Positions 25,653-33,181 of a stretch of 33,181 bases of DNA are shown here, one piece after another. Origin of the DNA: SAR324 cluster bacterium. Its GTDB lineage: Bacteria > SAR324 > NAC60-12. The number at the start of each line of letters is the position of its first letter. Position 1 is the stretch's first letter. The DNA lies in assembly GCA_028822475.1 (NCBI GenBank), contig JAPKDT010000001.1, positions 1 to 33,181 of the forward strand. Direction: 5' to 3'. The translations under genes were made by a program, and so were the position numbers. The notes under the pieces were generated by a model. That model had not been told where the DNA came from, ran no database searches, and was given only the letters and a program-made list of their open reading frames with translations.

Positions 25653-26072
25653 TCAGTCTCCGGAAATATGCACAACAATGTTTCTGAGACTTCCACTTGA
25701 GCGGTGTTCCCAGAGAAAAATCCCCTGCCAGGTGCCCAAAAGCAACTGACCTCCGCTAAGAGGAATCTGCTCAGATGTACAGGTCAACGCGCTCCGGATG
25801 TGGGACGGCATATCATCCGGACCTTCCATGGTGTGAGTATATCCTAAATCGTTTTCAGGAACCAGCTTTCCGAAAAAATATTCCAGATCCCGTTGAACAT
25901 CCGGATCAGCGTTTTCCTGAATAACGAGACTTGCTGAAGTATGACGGACGAACAAATTACAAAGTCCGCAAGTAATTTTAGAGGCTTGTACAACTTGCTG
26001 TACTTCATGTGTGATTTCCTGAAGACCCTTGCCCTGGGTTTGAATTCGAAGAACTTGCTGGAAATTATACAT
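25653..26072 (-). CDS. yjbQ: YjbQ/UPF0047 family protein (secondary thiamine-phosphate synthase-like)
   Basis: HTSASLVIQENADPDV..DL, GPDDMPSHIRSAL and LGTWQGIFLWEHR are family signatures. I prefer the ATG at 26072 (139 aa) because the longer tracked ORF overlaps the kinase gene. Confidence 0.85.
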   Translation of the reverse strand: MYNFQQVLRIQTQGKGLQEITHEVQQVVQASKITCGLCNLFVRHTSASLVIQENADPDVQRDLEYFFGKLVPENDLGYTHTMEGPDDMPSHIRSALTCTSEQIPLSGGQLLLGTWQGIFLWEHRSSGSLRNIVVHISGD

Positions 26073-26088
26073 CTCTAATCTGCGTTTT

Positions 26089-28317
26089 TCAGGTGACAGG
26101 AAGTTCAATCGTAAAGCAAGCACCTCCTGAATCAAGATTCCGGAAACGTGTAAAACCGTTATGATCTGAAATAGTTTGACTGACGATGGTCAAACCAAGC
26201 CCTGTCCCATGTTCTTTGGTAGTCGTGTATGGTTCAAAAAGCTGGTCGGAAATTTCCGCGGAAATCCCTGTTCCGTTATCTTCTACATCGATAAAAATAA
26301 TGTTCAAATCCGGAACGTGTCTGGTACGGACAATAATTTCGCCTTGACGAAAGATACGTGAAAGCGTTCCTTTTTTCTCAATTGAACTGATGGCATTGTC
26401 AACCAGATTAATTATAACACGTCGGATTTGCTCTGCGTCCAGAGGCAGTTGAGGCAGAGCTTCGCTAAAATCAGTGCTCAGTGAAATTCTGGAAGGCATA
26501 TTTTCGTGATAAAGCTGGAGAGCTTCTTTTATAATCTCGTTGAGATCATTCAACTGTGGATTTGATTCTGGAATTTTGGCAAAGTTTGAAAATTCACTGA
26601 CCATCCGTTTTAGTTGTTGAACTTCATTGATGATAGTTTGAGTTGACTGCTTTAAAGCAGCATTATCAGAAACTTCCGCTGCATATTTACGATGGATACG
26701 TTCTGCAGAAAGTTGAATAGGTGTGAGAGGATTTTTTATTTCATGGGCAATACGCCGGGCAACTTCACGCCAGGCTCTTGCACGTTGAAGCCGTTGGATT
26801 TCTGTGATGTTGTTATAAACACAGACCATACCTGCGGGCTGTCCCTCACTGTTTTGAAGCAGAAGAAGTGTTGCTGAGACTTGTACAGGACCTTCTTTTT
26901 TGTGAACAATCAGGTTACGGGAAATGGAACGTTCTTTTTCAGTTTCAATTTGTTGGACCATTTCTTCAAACATTTGCAGAGATTCTTTTTCCAGCACCTC
27001 CCGGTAGTGTTTGCTGCCTTCTGTAGTGGATTTCAGCTGCAGCATTTGTTTAGCGGAGTGGTTCAAAATTTCGATATGTCCGTCCATATCAAGTGACATT
27101 ACACCAGTGGTAATATTTTCTAGCACAAGTTCTACAAAACGTATTTGGCTTTGCAGAGTCTGATGGCTTTCCTGCAGATTTTTTGTTGTTTTATTCAGCG
27201 CAATCTGATGTTCAAGCAGGTCACGGCTCATTGAATTAAAGGACTGCATGAGCAGGGCAAAGTCTTTATCCAGAGGACCACGAAGTTCCACCTGGAAACC
27301 TAATTCGCCTTCTGATACGCGTTGAGTGGCAAGAGCCAGATCTTCAATGGGCTGTACAAAACCTCGTGCCAGATAAAAGGCTAACCAGGTGGCAACAAAA
27401 ATAATGAAGAGAGTCATCAACAGAAAAATAATTAAAAAATATCCACGCACTAAATCCTCAGATTCTGTCAAAAACTGGGTGTTTTGATCTTGTGCGATGA
27501 TCTCGTTGATTGCCCCGGAAATATGAGGCGTGGCAGGGAAAAAGACTTCTAAATAATATTGTTTATCTTCAATCCTGACAGGCCGGATGTGACGGTAAAG
27601 GAGTTGGTCATCCAGCTCTTCTGTGAACCAGGACTGTGCTTTGGATTTTATTTGATACCAGTCTTTAAAGGAAGGACTGGTCCAGTAGACTTGTGAAATC
27701 GGGTTTTGTAACCATTGCTGCAGTAACTCCTGGTCTTCAGAATAAAGTGTCACATCCGCTGCTATTTTATTTAATTGCGTCACTTTGCTGAATTCTCCCA
27801 CGTTTTTTTTCAAATGGCTTTCCCAGATCAAATTCTGGAGTTCCATAGTTTTGCGTAGATTATTATGGTAAGCTTCGGAAACGTTTTGCGCGCTGTGGAT
27901 CATTGACTCCTGTTGACCTTTGAGCCATGATTCAAGATTTGTGGCAATGAAGAAACTTGCAAAGAGGTGAAAGCCCATTGCCGGTAAAGAAAGTACGATA
28001 AAGGAAGTGATGAGTTTTGTTTTGAGATTGACGCCCAGAACGTGCCTCCGCCGTTCATATGAGAGTTTGAGGAGGTTGCGAGCAATCATATAGAAAACGA
28101 TTGCGAGCAGGACGATATTGACGTTGATAGCGATAAAAACCATCAACTGTGAGCCGGTTTGCTCTAAAACGGAAAAGCCTTGACGCATGCTGAACATGAC
28201 CAGCACAATCAGCAACAGCAATAGTACGACTACCACGAGCATCCTGTTACGGAAATTAGGATCAGTGTCGATTAACTCTTTGTAGTTTTTCCGTAATTTC
28301 TGGAAACGCGATGGCAT
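26089..28317 (-). CDS. ntrY: NtrY-type PAS/HAMP sensor histidine kinase
   Basis: It has N-terminal multi-TM segments, a HAMP domain, a PAS domain, the H-box RRIAHEIKNPLTPIQLSAERI and HATPase motifs (NLVDNA, DNGTGI, GTGLGL). Confidence 0.85.
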   Translation of the reverse strand: MPSRFQKLRKNYKELIDTDPNFRNRMLVVVVLLLLLIVLVMFSMRQGFSVLEQTGSQLMVFIAINVNIVLLAIVFYMIARNLLKLSYERRRHVLGVNLKTKLITSFIVLSLPAMGFHLFASFFIATNLESWLKGQQESMIHSAQNVSEAYHNNLRKTMELQNLIWESHLKKNVGEFSKVTQLNKIAADVTLYSEDQELLQQWLQNPISQVYWTSPSFKDWYQIKSKAQSWFTEELDDQLLYRHIRPVRIEDKQYYLEVFFPATPHISGAINEIIAQDQNTQFLTESEDLVRGYFLIIFLLMTLFIIFVATWLAFYLARGFVQPIEDLALATQRVSEGELGFQVELRGPLDKDFALLMQSFNSMSRDLLEHQIALNKTTKNLQESHQTLQSQIRFVELVLENITTGVMSLDMDGHIEILNHSAKQMLQLKSTTEGSKHYREVLEKESLQMFEEMVQQIETEKERSISRNLIVHKKEGPVQVSATLLLLQNSEGQPAGMVCVYNNITEIQRLQRARAWREVARRIAHEIKNPLTPIQLSAERIHRKYAAEVSDNAALKQSTQTIINEVQQLKRMVSEFSNFAKIPESNPQLNDLNEIIKEALQLYHENMPSRISLSTDFSEALPQLPLDAEQIRRVIINLVDNAISSIEKKGTLSRIFRQGEIIVRTRHVPDLNIIFIDVEDNGTGISAEISDQLFEPYTTTKEHGTGLGLTIVSQTISDHNGFTRFRNLDSGGACFTIELPVT

Positions 28318-28399
28318 TTGGCGGTAGGTCTCAGGAGAGAGGTTTCATAAACTGAGTTCAGGAATTCTAGACTTCTGTACCAGTTCCTTGATTCCTTGT

Positions 28400-28837
28400 T
28401 TATTGTGCCTGAATTGATTTGTAATAATCTTCTTTGTTTTTCTTGTGTTCAGTTTCAACTGTATATTCTTCACTGTGCTTTACCAGCAACTGATTCGCTT
28501 CAAAGCGTGGACCTTTCATTTTTCCTTCAACAACGACACCTTGACCTTCACGGAACAAATCCGGTTTGACTCCGTCATATAACACAGGGATGAACTCATT
28601 TCCGTCTTCAGTAATGTTGAAAGAAAGCTGAATGGCTTTTGCGTTCCATTCAACACTACCTTTTTGCACGAGTGCTCCGATACGGATTGTCTTGTCTTCA
28701 AACTTGCTTGGACTGGCCAGTACTTCTTGGGGAGTATAGAAGAAAACGGTCATTTCCTGCAAACCCTGCACGGACAAGGCTATTATTACTGCAAGGATCA
28801 CTGCTCCGCCGATTACAAATTTAGTTCTTGTTTTCAT
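28400..28837 (-). CDS. ccmE: cytochrome c maturation heme chaperone CcmE
   Basis: It has an N-terminal membrane anchor, the OB-fold blocks IRIGALVQKGSV and FREGQGVVVEG, and the heme-binding HxxxY (VKHSEEY). Confidence 0.9.
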   Translation of the reverse strand: MKTRTKFVIGGAVILAVIIALSVQGLQEMTVFFYTPQEVLASPSKFEDKTIRIGALVQKGSVEWNAKAIQLSFNITEDGNEFIPVLYDGVKPDLFREGQGVVVEGKMKGPRFEANQLLVKHSEEYTVETEHKKNKEDYYKSIQAQ

Positions 28838-29007
28838 ATATTATTCCCGTTCTGAGTAGCTGCGGATGTTCCGGAGAATCGTTCTTCAAGTGCGGCAACT
28901 GCATGGCTGGTTGTTTTTAAACGACGTTTAGTCAAAATAATGTAAACAACAAAAGTAATCAGCCAAATACCGTAAGCAGCAATTACGTATTCTAATCCGA
29001 TAAGCAT
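28834..29007 (-). CDS. ccmD: heme exporter protein CcmD (57 aa; below the ORF-track cutoff)
   Basis: My own translation is MLIGLEYVIAAYGIWLITFVVYIILTKRRLK... It is a single TM helix followed by basic residues. The gene starts directly after the ccmC stop, and its TGA overlaps the ccmE ATG (ATGA). Confidence 0.6.
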   Translation of the reverse strand: MLIGLEYVIAAYGIWLITFVVYIILTKRRLKTTSHAVAALEERFSGTSAATQNGNNI

Positions 29008-29706
29008 TTAAACCTGTGTTTCAGCAAGAAGTTGGTTGAGTCTGTCCGTCCGTTTTTCAGTTTGGTAACGCAGGAGCAGCAGGTAAAGATAGAATGCCAG
29101 CATCACTAAAGTTGAAGCCAGGAGGGGGTAAAGCAGTTCCGGCGGCATCGACGGCTTTGCTTCTCCGGAATCGACTTTAAAAAGAGTGGACGGTTGATGC
29201 AAAGTCCTCCACCACTCTACTGATTTGTGAATGATGGGAATATCGAGGAAACCGATGATACCTAAAACAGAAGCCAGTCGCGCTTCTTTATCTCTGTCAT
29301 TGACAGACATCCTTAGCAGGAAATAACCCATGAAGATTAGAAACAACAACAGCGTTGTTGTCAGTCGTGCGTCCCAAACCCAGTAGGTTCCCCAGGTCGT
29401 TCGTCCCCAAATTGCTCCTGTTATCAACACAAGCGCGCAAAAAACCAGTCCGACTTCCGCAGAGGCTTTTGCGATTTGATCAAACATTAATTCACGTTTC
29501 CAAAGGTAGGCGATGCTGTAGACGAAGACAACAAAAAACGCCAAGTATGTGGTAATCACTGAAGGCACATGAAGGTACATTATTTTTTGCGGAAACCCCT
29601 GACTGGTTTCTATGGGCAGTTTCAAAAAAACCCAAAGCCCGCAACAGATCAGACCTAAAATTGAACCCCATTCCAGATAGAGAATTATTTTTTTCATGCT
29701 ACCCAT
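29008..29706 (-). CDS. ccmC: heme exporter protein CcmC
   Basis: The Trp-rich WWD motif [12 protein letters not shown] is present, along with 6 TM helices and conserved His residues. Confidence 0.9.
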   Translation of the reverse strand: MGSMKKIILYLEWGSILGLICCGLWVFLKLPIETSQGFPQKIMYLHVPSVITTYLAFFVVFVYSIAYLWKRELMFDQIAKASAEVGLVFCALVLITGAIWGRTTWGTYWVWDARLTTTLLLFLIFMGYFLLRMSVNDRDKEARLASVLGIIGFLDIPIIHKSVEWWRTLHQPSTLFKVDSGEAKPSMPPELLYPLLASTLVMLAFYLYLLLLRYQTEKRTDRLNQLLAETQV

Positions 29707-31132
29707 CCAGCTTTTCTTTTAATAGGCTGTTGATTACAGCAGGGTTGCCTTTTCCACGTGTTTGTTTCATCATCTGACCTACAAAGAAACCAATCACTTT
29801 CGTTTTTCCTGTACGATATTGTTCAACCTGTTGCGGATTTGCGGCAAGCAGTTCGTCAGCAATCCGACCCAGTTCTCCTGCATCTGATACCTGCTTCAAC
29901 CCTTTTTCCTCAATTATCTGAGCAGGAGTTTTTGCTGAACTCAGCATTTCTTCAAAAATTGTTTTTGCAATTTTATGACTGATTTCACCGCTTTCAATGA
30001 ATTTAGTCAAATCCGCGAGATGTTCCGGAGAGAGCTTTATTTCATCAAGCGATTTTCCGGACTCATTCATTACACGTGTCAACTCTCCAATCACCCAGTT
30101 ACAGGCGATTTTGGGTGAAGCTCCGTAGCTGAGTATTTTCTCAAAATATGCTGAAATTTCCTTGCCAGCAGAAAGCACTTCCGCATCATAAGCGCTTAAT
30201 CCGTGTTCTTCAATAAAGCGCTGCTGTTTTGCCTCAGGTAGTTCCGGAAGATTTTCACGAAAGGCTTCAACCATTTCCAGAGACAGACGCACCAGCGGCA
30301 AATCCGGATCCGGGAAGTAGCGATACTCATCTGCTTCTTCTTTGGAACGCATGCTGAAGGTGACTTTACGGTCGGTGTCCCAGAGTCTTGTTTCCTGAGT
30401 TATCGTTTTTCCATCTAAAATTTCCTCACGCTGACGCTGCATTTCATAAGTAATTGCTTGCTTGACGAAACGGAATGAATTCAGGTTTTTGGTTTCTGTT
30501 CGAGTACCAAATTCCTTTTGTCCGAGTGGTCGCAGGGATACATTTGCGTCACAACGTAAATGTCCTTTTTCCATGTCACCGTCTGAAACACCGATTGTGG
30601 TGGCAATCGCGTGGATTTTTTCCATGTAGACTTTTGCCTCTTCTGCAGAACGCACGTCAGGTTCACTCACAATTTCCAGTAAAGGTACTCCTGCACGGCT
30701 CAAGTCGACTAAACTATCAGCGCTGCCTTCTGCATGAACCAGTTTGCCAGCATCCTCTTCCATGTGTATTCGTGTGATGCCGATCCTACTTTTCCCCCTG
30801 GATTCAGTTTCAATATCCAGCCAGCCGTTTTCGCAAATCGGTCTGTCAAATTGTGATATCTGATATGCTTTTGGAAGGTCAGGATAGAAATAATTCTTAC
30901 GTGCGAATTGGGATTCCAGACGGATCTCACAATTTAATGCAATTCCAAGTTGAGCAGCAAATTCAGGAACTTTACAATTCAAAACAGGTAAGGCTCCAGG
31001 CAGTCCCAGACAAACTGGACAAGTATTTGCGTTCGGCGGTTTACCGAATTCTGTCGAACAACTGCAAAAAATTTTGGAAGCGGTTGCCAACTGGAGATGA
31101 ATCTCTAAACCGATTACAGGTTCAAATTCCAT
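29699..31132 (-). CDS. gatB: Asp-tRNA(Asn)/Glu-tRNA(Gln) amidotransferase subunit B
   Basis: [15 protein letters not shown]...SKIFC, RCDANVS and the C-terminal GatB/YqeY domain are present. The length is 477 aa. Confidence 0.97.
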   Translation of the reverse strand: MEFEPVIGLEIHLQLATASKIFCSCSTEFGKPPNANTCPVCLGLPGALPVLNCKVPEFAAQLGIALNCEIRLESQFARKNYFYPDLPKAYQISQFDRPICENGWLDIETESRGKSRIGITRIHMEEDAGKLVHAEGSADSLVDLSRAGVPLLEIVSEPDVRSAEEAKVYMEKIHAIATTIGVSDGDMEKGHLRCDANVSLRPLGQKEFGTRTETKNLNSFRFVKQAITYEMQRQREEILDGKTITQETRLWDTDRKVTFSMRSKEEADEYRYFPDPDLPLVRLSLEMVEAFRENLPELPEAKQQRFIEEHGLSAYDAEVLSAGKEISAYFEKILSYGASPKIACNWVIGELTRVMNESGKSLDEIKLSPEHLADLTKFIESGEISHKIAKTIFEEMLSSAKTPAQIIEEKGLKQVSDAGELGRIADELLAANPQQVEQYRTGKTKVIGFFVGQMMKQTRGKGNPAVINSLLKEKLDG

Positions 31133-31145
31133 AAATGATTAAAGA

Positions 31146-31808
31146 TTAAATTAAAACTGAGCCTTTATTTTGTTTTGAGAGCAGCAAATTCCTGAGTTCC
31201 TCTTCACTGAATAAATCGGTAAAACCTTTACCTGGAAAACGTAATGCCCACTCATAAACATTGGATAGCATTTGTTCATTGTCAAAAAGCGATGGTTCCT
31301 TGAGAACCAGATCTAACTCAGAGTTAATCTTTTTTGACAACTTTCCGTAAAAGCGTTCCAGAATCGCCGAAGTTCCACCGCCTTTGTTCCACGCATCCTG
31401 GTACCATGACATAGCGTTCAGTGAAACAGTACGGGTACGAGGATATCCGGAACACATCAGGTTCCACGGGTCGCCCCTTTCCTGGTCACCTGCCGCACGG
31501 AAATCAGAGCGCAAAATTACTGCCGGAATATCGAGCGCTTTGGCAAACAAAAATTCGATAACTGTTCCTGAATCAAGCTCAGTTCCATCAAAATTAAGCA
31601 GGATCAAATCTGCTTTAATAACCTCACTCAAATCGTTGTTGCGGATATCAATGGAGCGGTTTGTACTTTGCTCCAGATGCTGTGGTACCACGCAACGGTA
31701 ACGTCCGGAAGACTCTTTTTCGATAGCCTCTGACAAAAGCAGGTTACCGATTAAATCTTTATGATTAAATAAATCACCCGCAAAATAGATGGAATATGTA
31801 TCAGTCAT
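31146..31808 (-). CDS. nucleoside 2-deoxyribosyltransferase-family protein
   Basis: IYFAGDLF at the N-terminus and DSGTVIEFLFAKALDIPAVIL fit the flavodoxin-like NDT/Rcl family pattern. The gene lies 13 nt upstream of gatB. Confidence 0.65.
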   Translation of the reverse strand: MTDTYSIYFAGDLFNHKDLIGNLLLSEAIEKESSGRYRCVVPQHLEQSTNRSIDIRNNDLSEVIKADLILLNFDGTELDSGTVIEFLFAKALDIPAVILRSDFRAAGDQERGDPWNLMCSGYPRTRTVSLNAMSWYQDAWNKGGGTSAILERFYGKLSKKINSELDLVLKEPSLFDNEQMLSNVYEWALRFPGKGFTDLFSEEELRNLLLSKQNKGSVLI

Positions 31809-31960
31809 AAATTATTTGTTATGGTTGATGGTTTTCCTAGCAAGCAGGAAATATTAATGATATGCATGTTTAGCAAATGTAAGATTTACCGTTTTGCTCG
31901 AAATAACAAGATTTCGGGTTTATTACTGGTTTAGCATAATCGAACTATCAGCAGAAAACA

Positions 31961-32506
31961 TCAGTTTATTTTTGAAAAGTCTTGCAGCAATTCCGGAATT
32001 TCCAGCCAGTTTGAAAAAGGGGTTGCAAAGCGGTCCATCCCTTTGGTGTAAAGGTGCCAGTCAGGATATAGAACATGAATACCCGCATTATAAAAGGCTT
32101 TTATAAGTTCTGGACGGTCCTCAAGCATTACATCCGGTTGGACTTCCTCAACAATAATCTGCTCTTTATGTAAATCTCCCACACATTGCAGAGAAGCGTA
32201 ATTCAGCTCTTTTAAGTTGTCTGTACGTTTTTGTGTTTGCTCAGGTTCAAGAGCAGTTACGAGATGCAGTTCATGCTGAGAGGCCAGCTTATTGAGAATT
32301 TTCAACGAATCATCAAAATAATTTAGTTGGCGCAGATCATCACCTCCATGGAACTGATCACGCATCTCGACATCATCGGGGAAATTTCGGATGACTCCAT
32401 AAATTTCTGGATCATGGGTGTAGGGGATTTTTTCTCTTTGCGTGAAATCGATAAATCCTTGAATATAATTCAGTATTACTCCATCCACATCAGAACAAAT
32501 TTTCAT
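31961..32506 (-). CDS. HAD-superfamily hydrolase, 5'(3')-deoxyribonucleotidase (NT5C)-like
   Basis: HAD motif I is DVDGV, motif II is LVTA, the motif III Lys region is KRTDNLK and motif IV is MLEDRP. The length is 181 aa. Confidence 0.6.
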   Translation of the reverse strand: MKICSDVDGVILNYIQGFIDFTQREKIPYTHDPEIYGVIRNFPDDVEMRDQFHGGDDLRQLNYFDDSLKILNKLASQHELHLVTALEPEQTQKRTDNLKELNYASLQCVGDLHKEQIIVEEVQPDVMLEDRPELIKAFYNAGIHVLYPDWHLYTKGMDRFATPFSNWLEIPELLQDFSKIN

Positions 32507-32572
32507 AATAGCTAATGACTCGATTAAATAATTTTTCGATTCCAGTTATTCTGACAGGAAAAGAGCTTCAGA

Positions 32573-33010
32573 TCAAGATTCATCGTCCTCTTCCAGCACA
32601 ATCGAGACGGAATTGATGCAATAACGCAAACCTGTCGGTGTGGGACCATCTTCAAAAACATGTCCTAAATGTGAGTCACAATGCCTGCATAGTACTTCTG
32701 TCCTTTGTCTTGAAAGGCTCAGGTCTTCCTGCTTTCTTATATTTTCATCACCAAGTGATTCAGAAAAACTCGGCCATCCGCAACTTGAATCAAATTTGGT
32801 TTCTGACAGGAACAAATCATTTCCACAACACAAACACTTGTATGTGCCTTTTGTTTTAGTATCAAGATACTTTCCGCTGAAAGGCAGTTCGGTTCCTTTT
32901 TTTCTGCAGATCTCAAATTGTTCCTCTGTCAGTATTTCTTTCCATTCCTGCTCGCTGAGATTTTTTTTGTCTGTCATTTTCCCCTTTGTAATAACTTTCG
33001 GTGAAGCCAT
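32573..33010 (-). CDS. msrB: peptide-methionine (R)-S-oxide reductase
   Basis: Two zinc CxxC pairs ([21 protein letters not shown]) and the catalytic RYCINS motif are present. Confidence 0.95.
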   Translation of the reverse strand: MASPKVITKGKMTDKKNLSEQEWKEILTEEQFEICRKKGTELPFSGKYLDTKTKGTYKCLCCGNDLFLSETKFDSSCGWPSFSESLGDENIRKQEDLSLSRQRTEVLCRHCDSHLGHVFEDGPTPTGLRYCINSVSIVLEEDDES

Positions 33011-33181
33011 TAGCGGCTTGAAAAATTAATTTATATTTGGTCTAAGCACGATTGTCATTGTTTGTTTGCAAAATATAAGATGTAAAAAATAGCATGAAAC
33101 TTGTGATTAAATCAATAATAATGCATTATCAAAAGTGTTGCATGTTTTAGTGATTTAGGGTTTGAATTCTTTTGCAGTTGA

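Noticed and set aside
25653-26135. The longer 160-aa version of yjbQ, which overlaps the 3' end of ntrY.
   Set aside because: The YjbQ family is about 140 aa. The internal ATG at 26072 removes the 47-nt overlap and begins just before the conserved core.
5195-33029. Numerous 60-130-aa antisense or off-frame ORFs lie inside large genes (for example 6029-6388, 6686-7069, 13310-13639, 19824-20210, 22674-23030, 24080-24409, 24551-24892, 31384-31701, 32640-33029).
   Set aside because: Each is fully nested in a confidently identified gene on the other strand or frame. Their composition is skewed and motif-free, so they are treated as shadow ORFs.
1-33181. CRISPR arrays, tRNA or rRNA genes, IS elements and long direct or inverted repeats.
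   Set aside because: Visual scanning of all intergenic spacers (none longer than about 320 bp) found no repeat-spacer periodicity, cloverleaf-capable segments or transposase-like ORFs. A computational repeat and tRNA scan would be needed to exclude small elements.

Overview
This is a gene-dense (about 90% coding), moderately AT-rich bacterial chromosomal segment. The gene content is Gram-negative (LptA/OstA-like protein, system I cytochrome c maturation genes, NtrY-type kinase, an outer-membrane barrel tail). All calls come from reading the supplied translations and the DNA by eye; no database or HMM search was run. Most of the window is housekeeping: dapB, zapA plus a 6S RNA, rbgA, typA/bipA, rnr, gcvP, pyrG, gatB, ccmCDE, msrB and yjbQ. 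Genes are packed very tightly, with many ATGA, GTGA or 1-nt stop/start overlaps, and Shine-Dalgarno sequences are often absent. I did not find a CRISPR array, tRNA or rRNA, transposase, prophage block or large repeat. Seven places deserve a second look. (1) A RecE-like PD-(D/E)XK nuclease and a NUDIX-MBL fusion protein are translationally coupled between gcvP and RNase R. (2) A small islet at 14.4-16.7 kb holds a VKOR-like membrane protein, an orphan ParB/Srx-fold protein and a frameshifted HigA-type antitoxin remnant. (3) A class-III PLP enzyme sits next to an aminoethylphosphonate-type ABC importer, with no C-P bond-cleaving gene in view. (4) A XerD-like recombinase carries substitutions at several canonical catalytic positions. 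(5) A very acidic 297-aa protein of unknown function overlaps rbgA. (6) A nucleoside 2-deoxyribosyltransferase-like gene is fused into a gatB-ccmCDE operon, with an NT5C-like HAD nucleotidase gene just upstream. (7) A tandem-domain LptA/OstA protein follows pyrG. None of these can be called a new system from sequence alone. The gcvP-nuclease-NUDIX/MBL-rnr string and the ParB-fold orphan are my best candidates.
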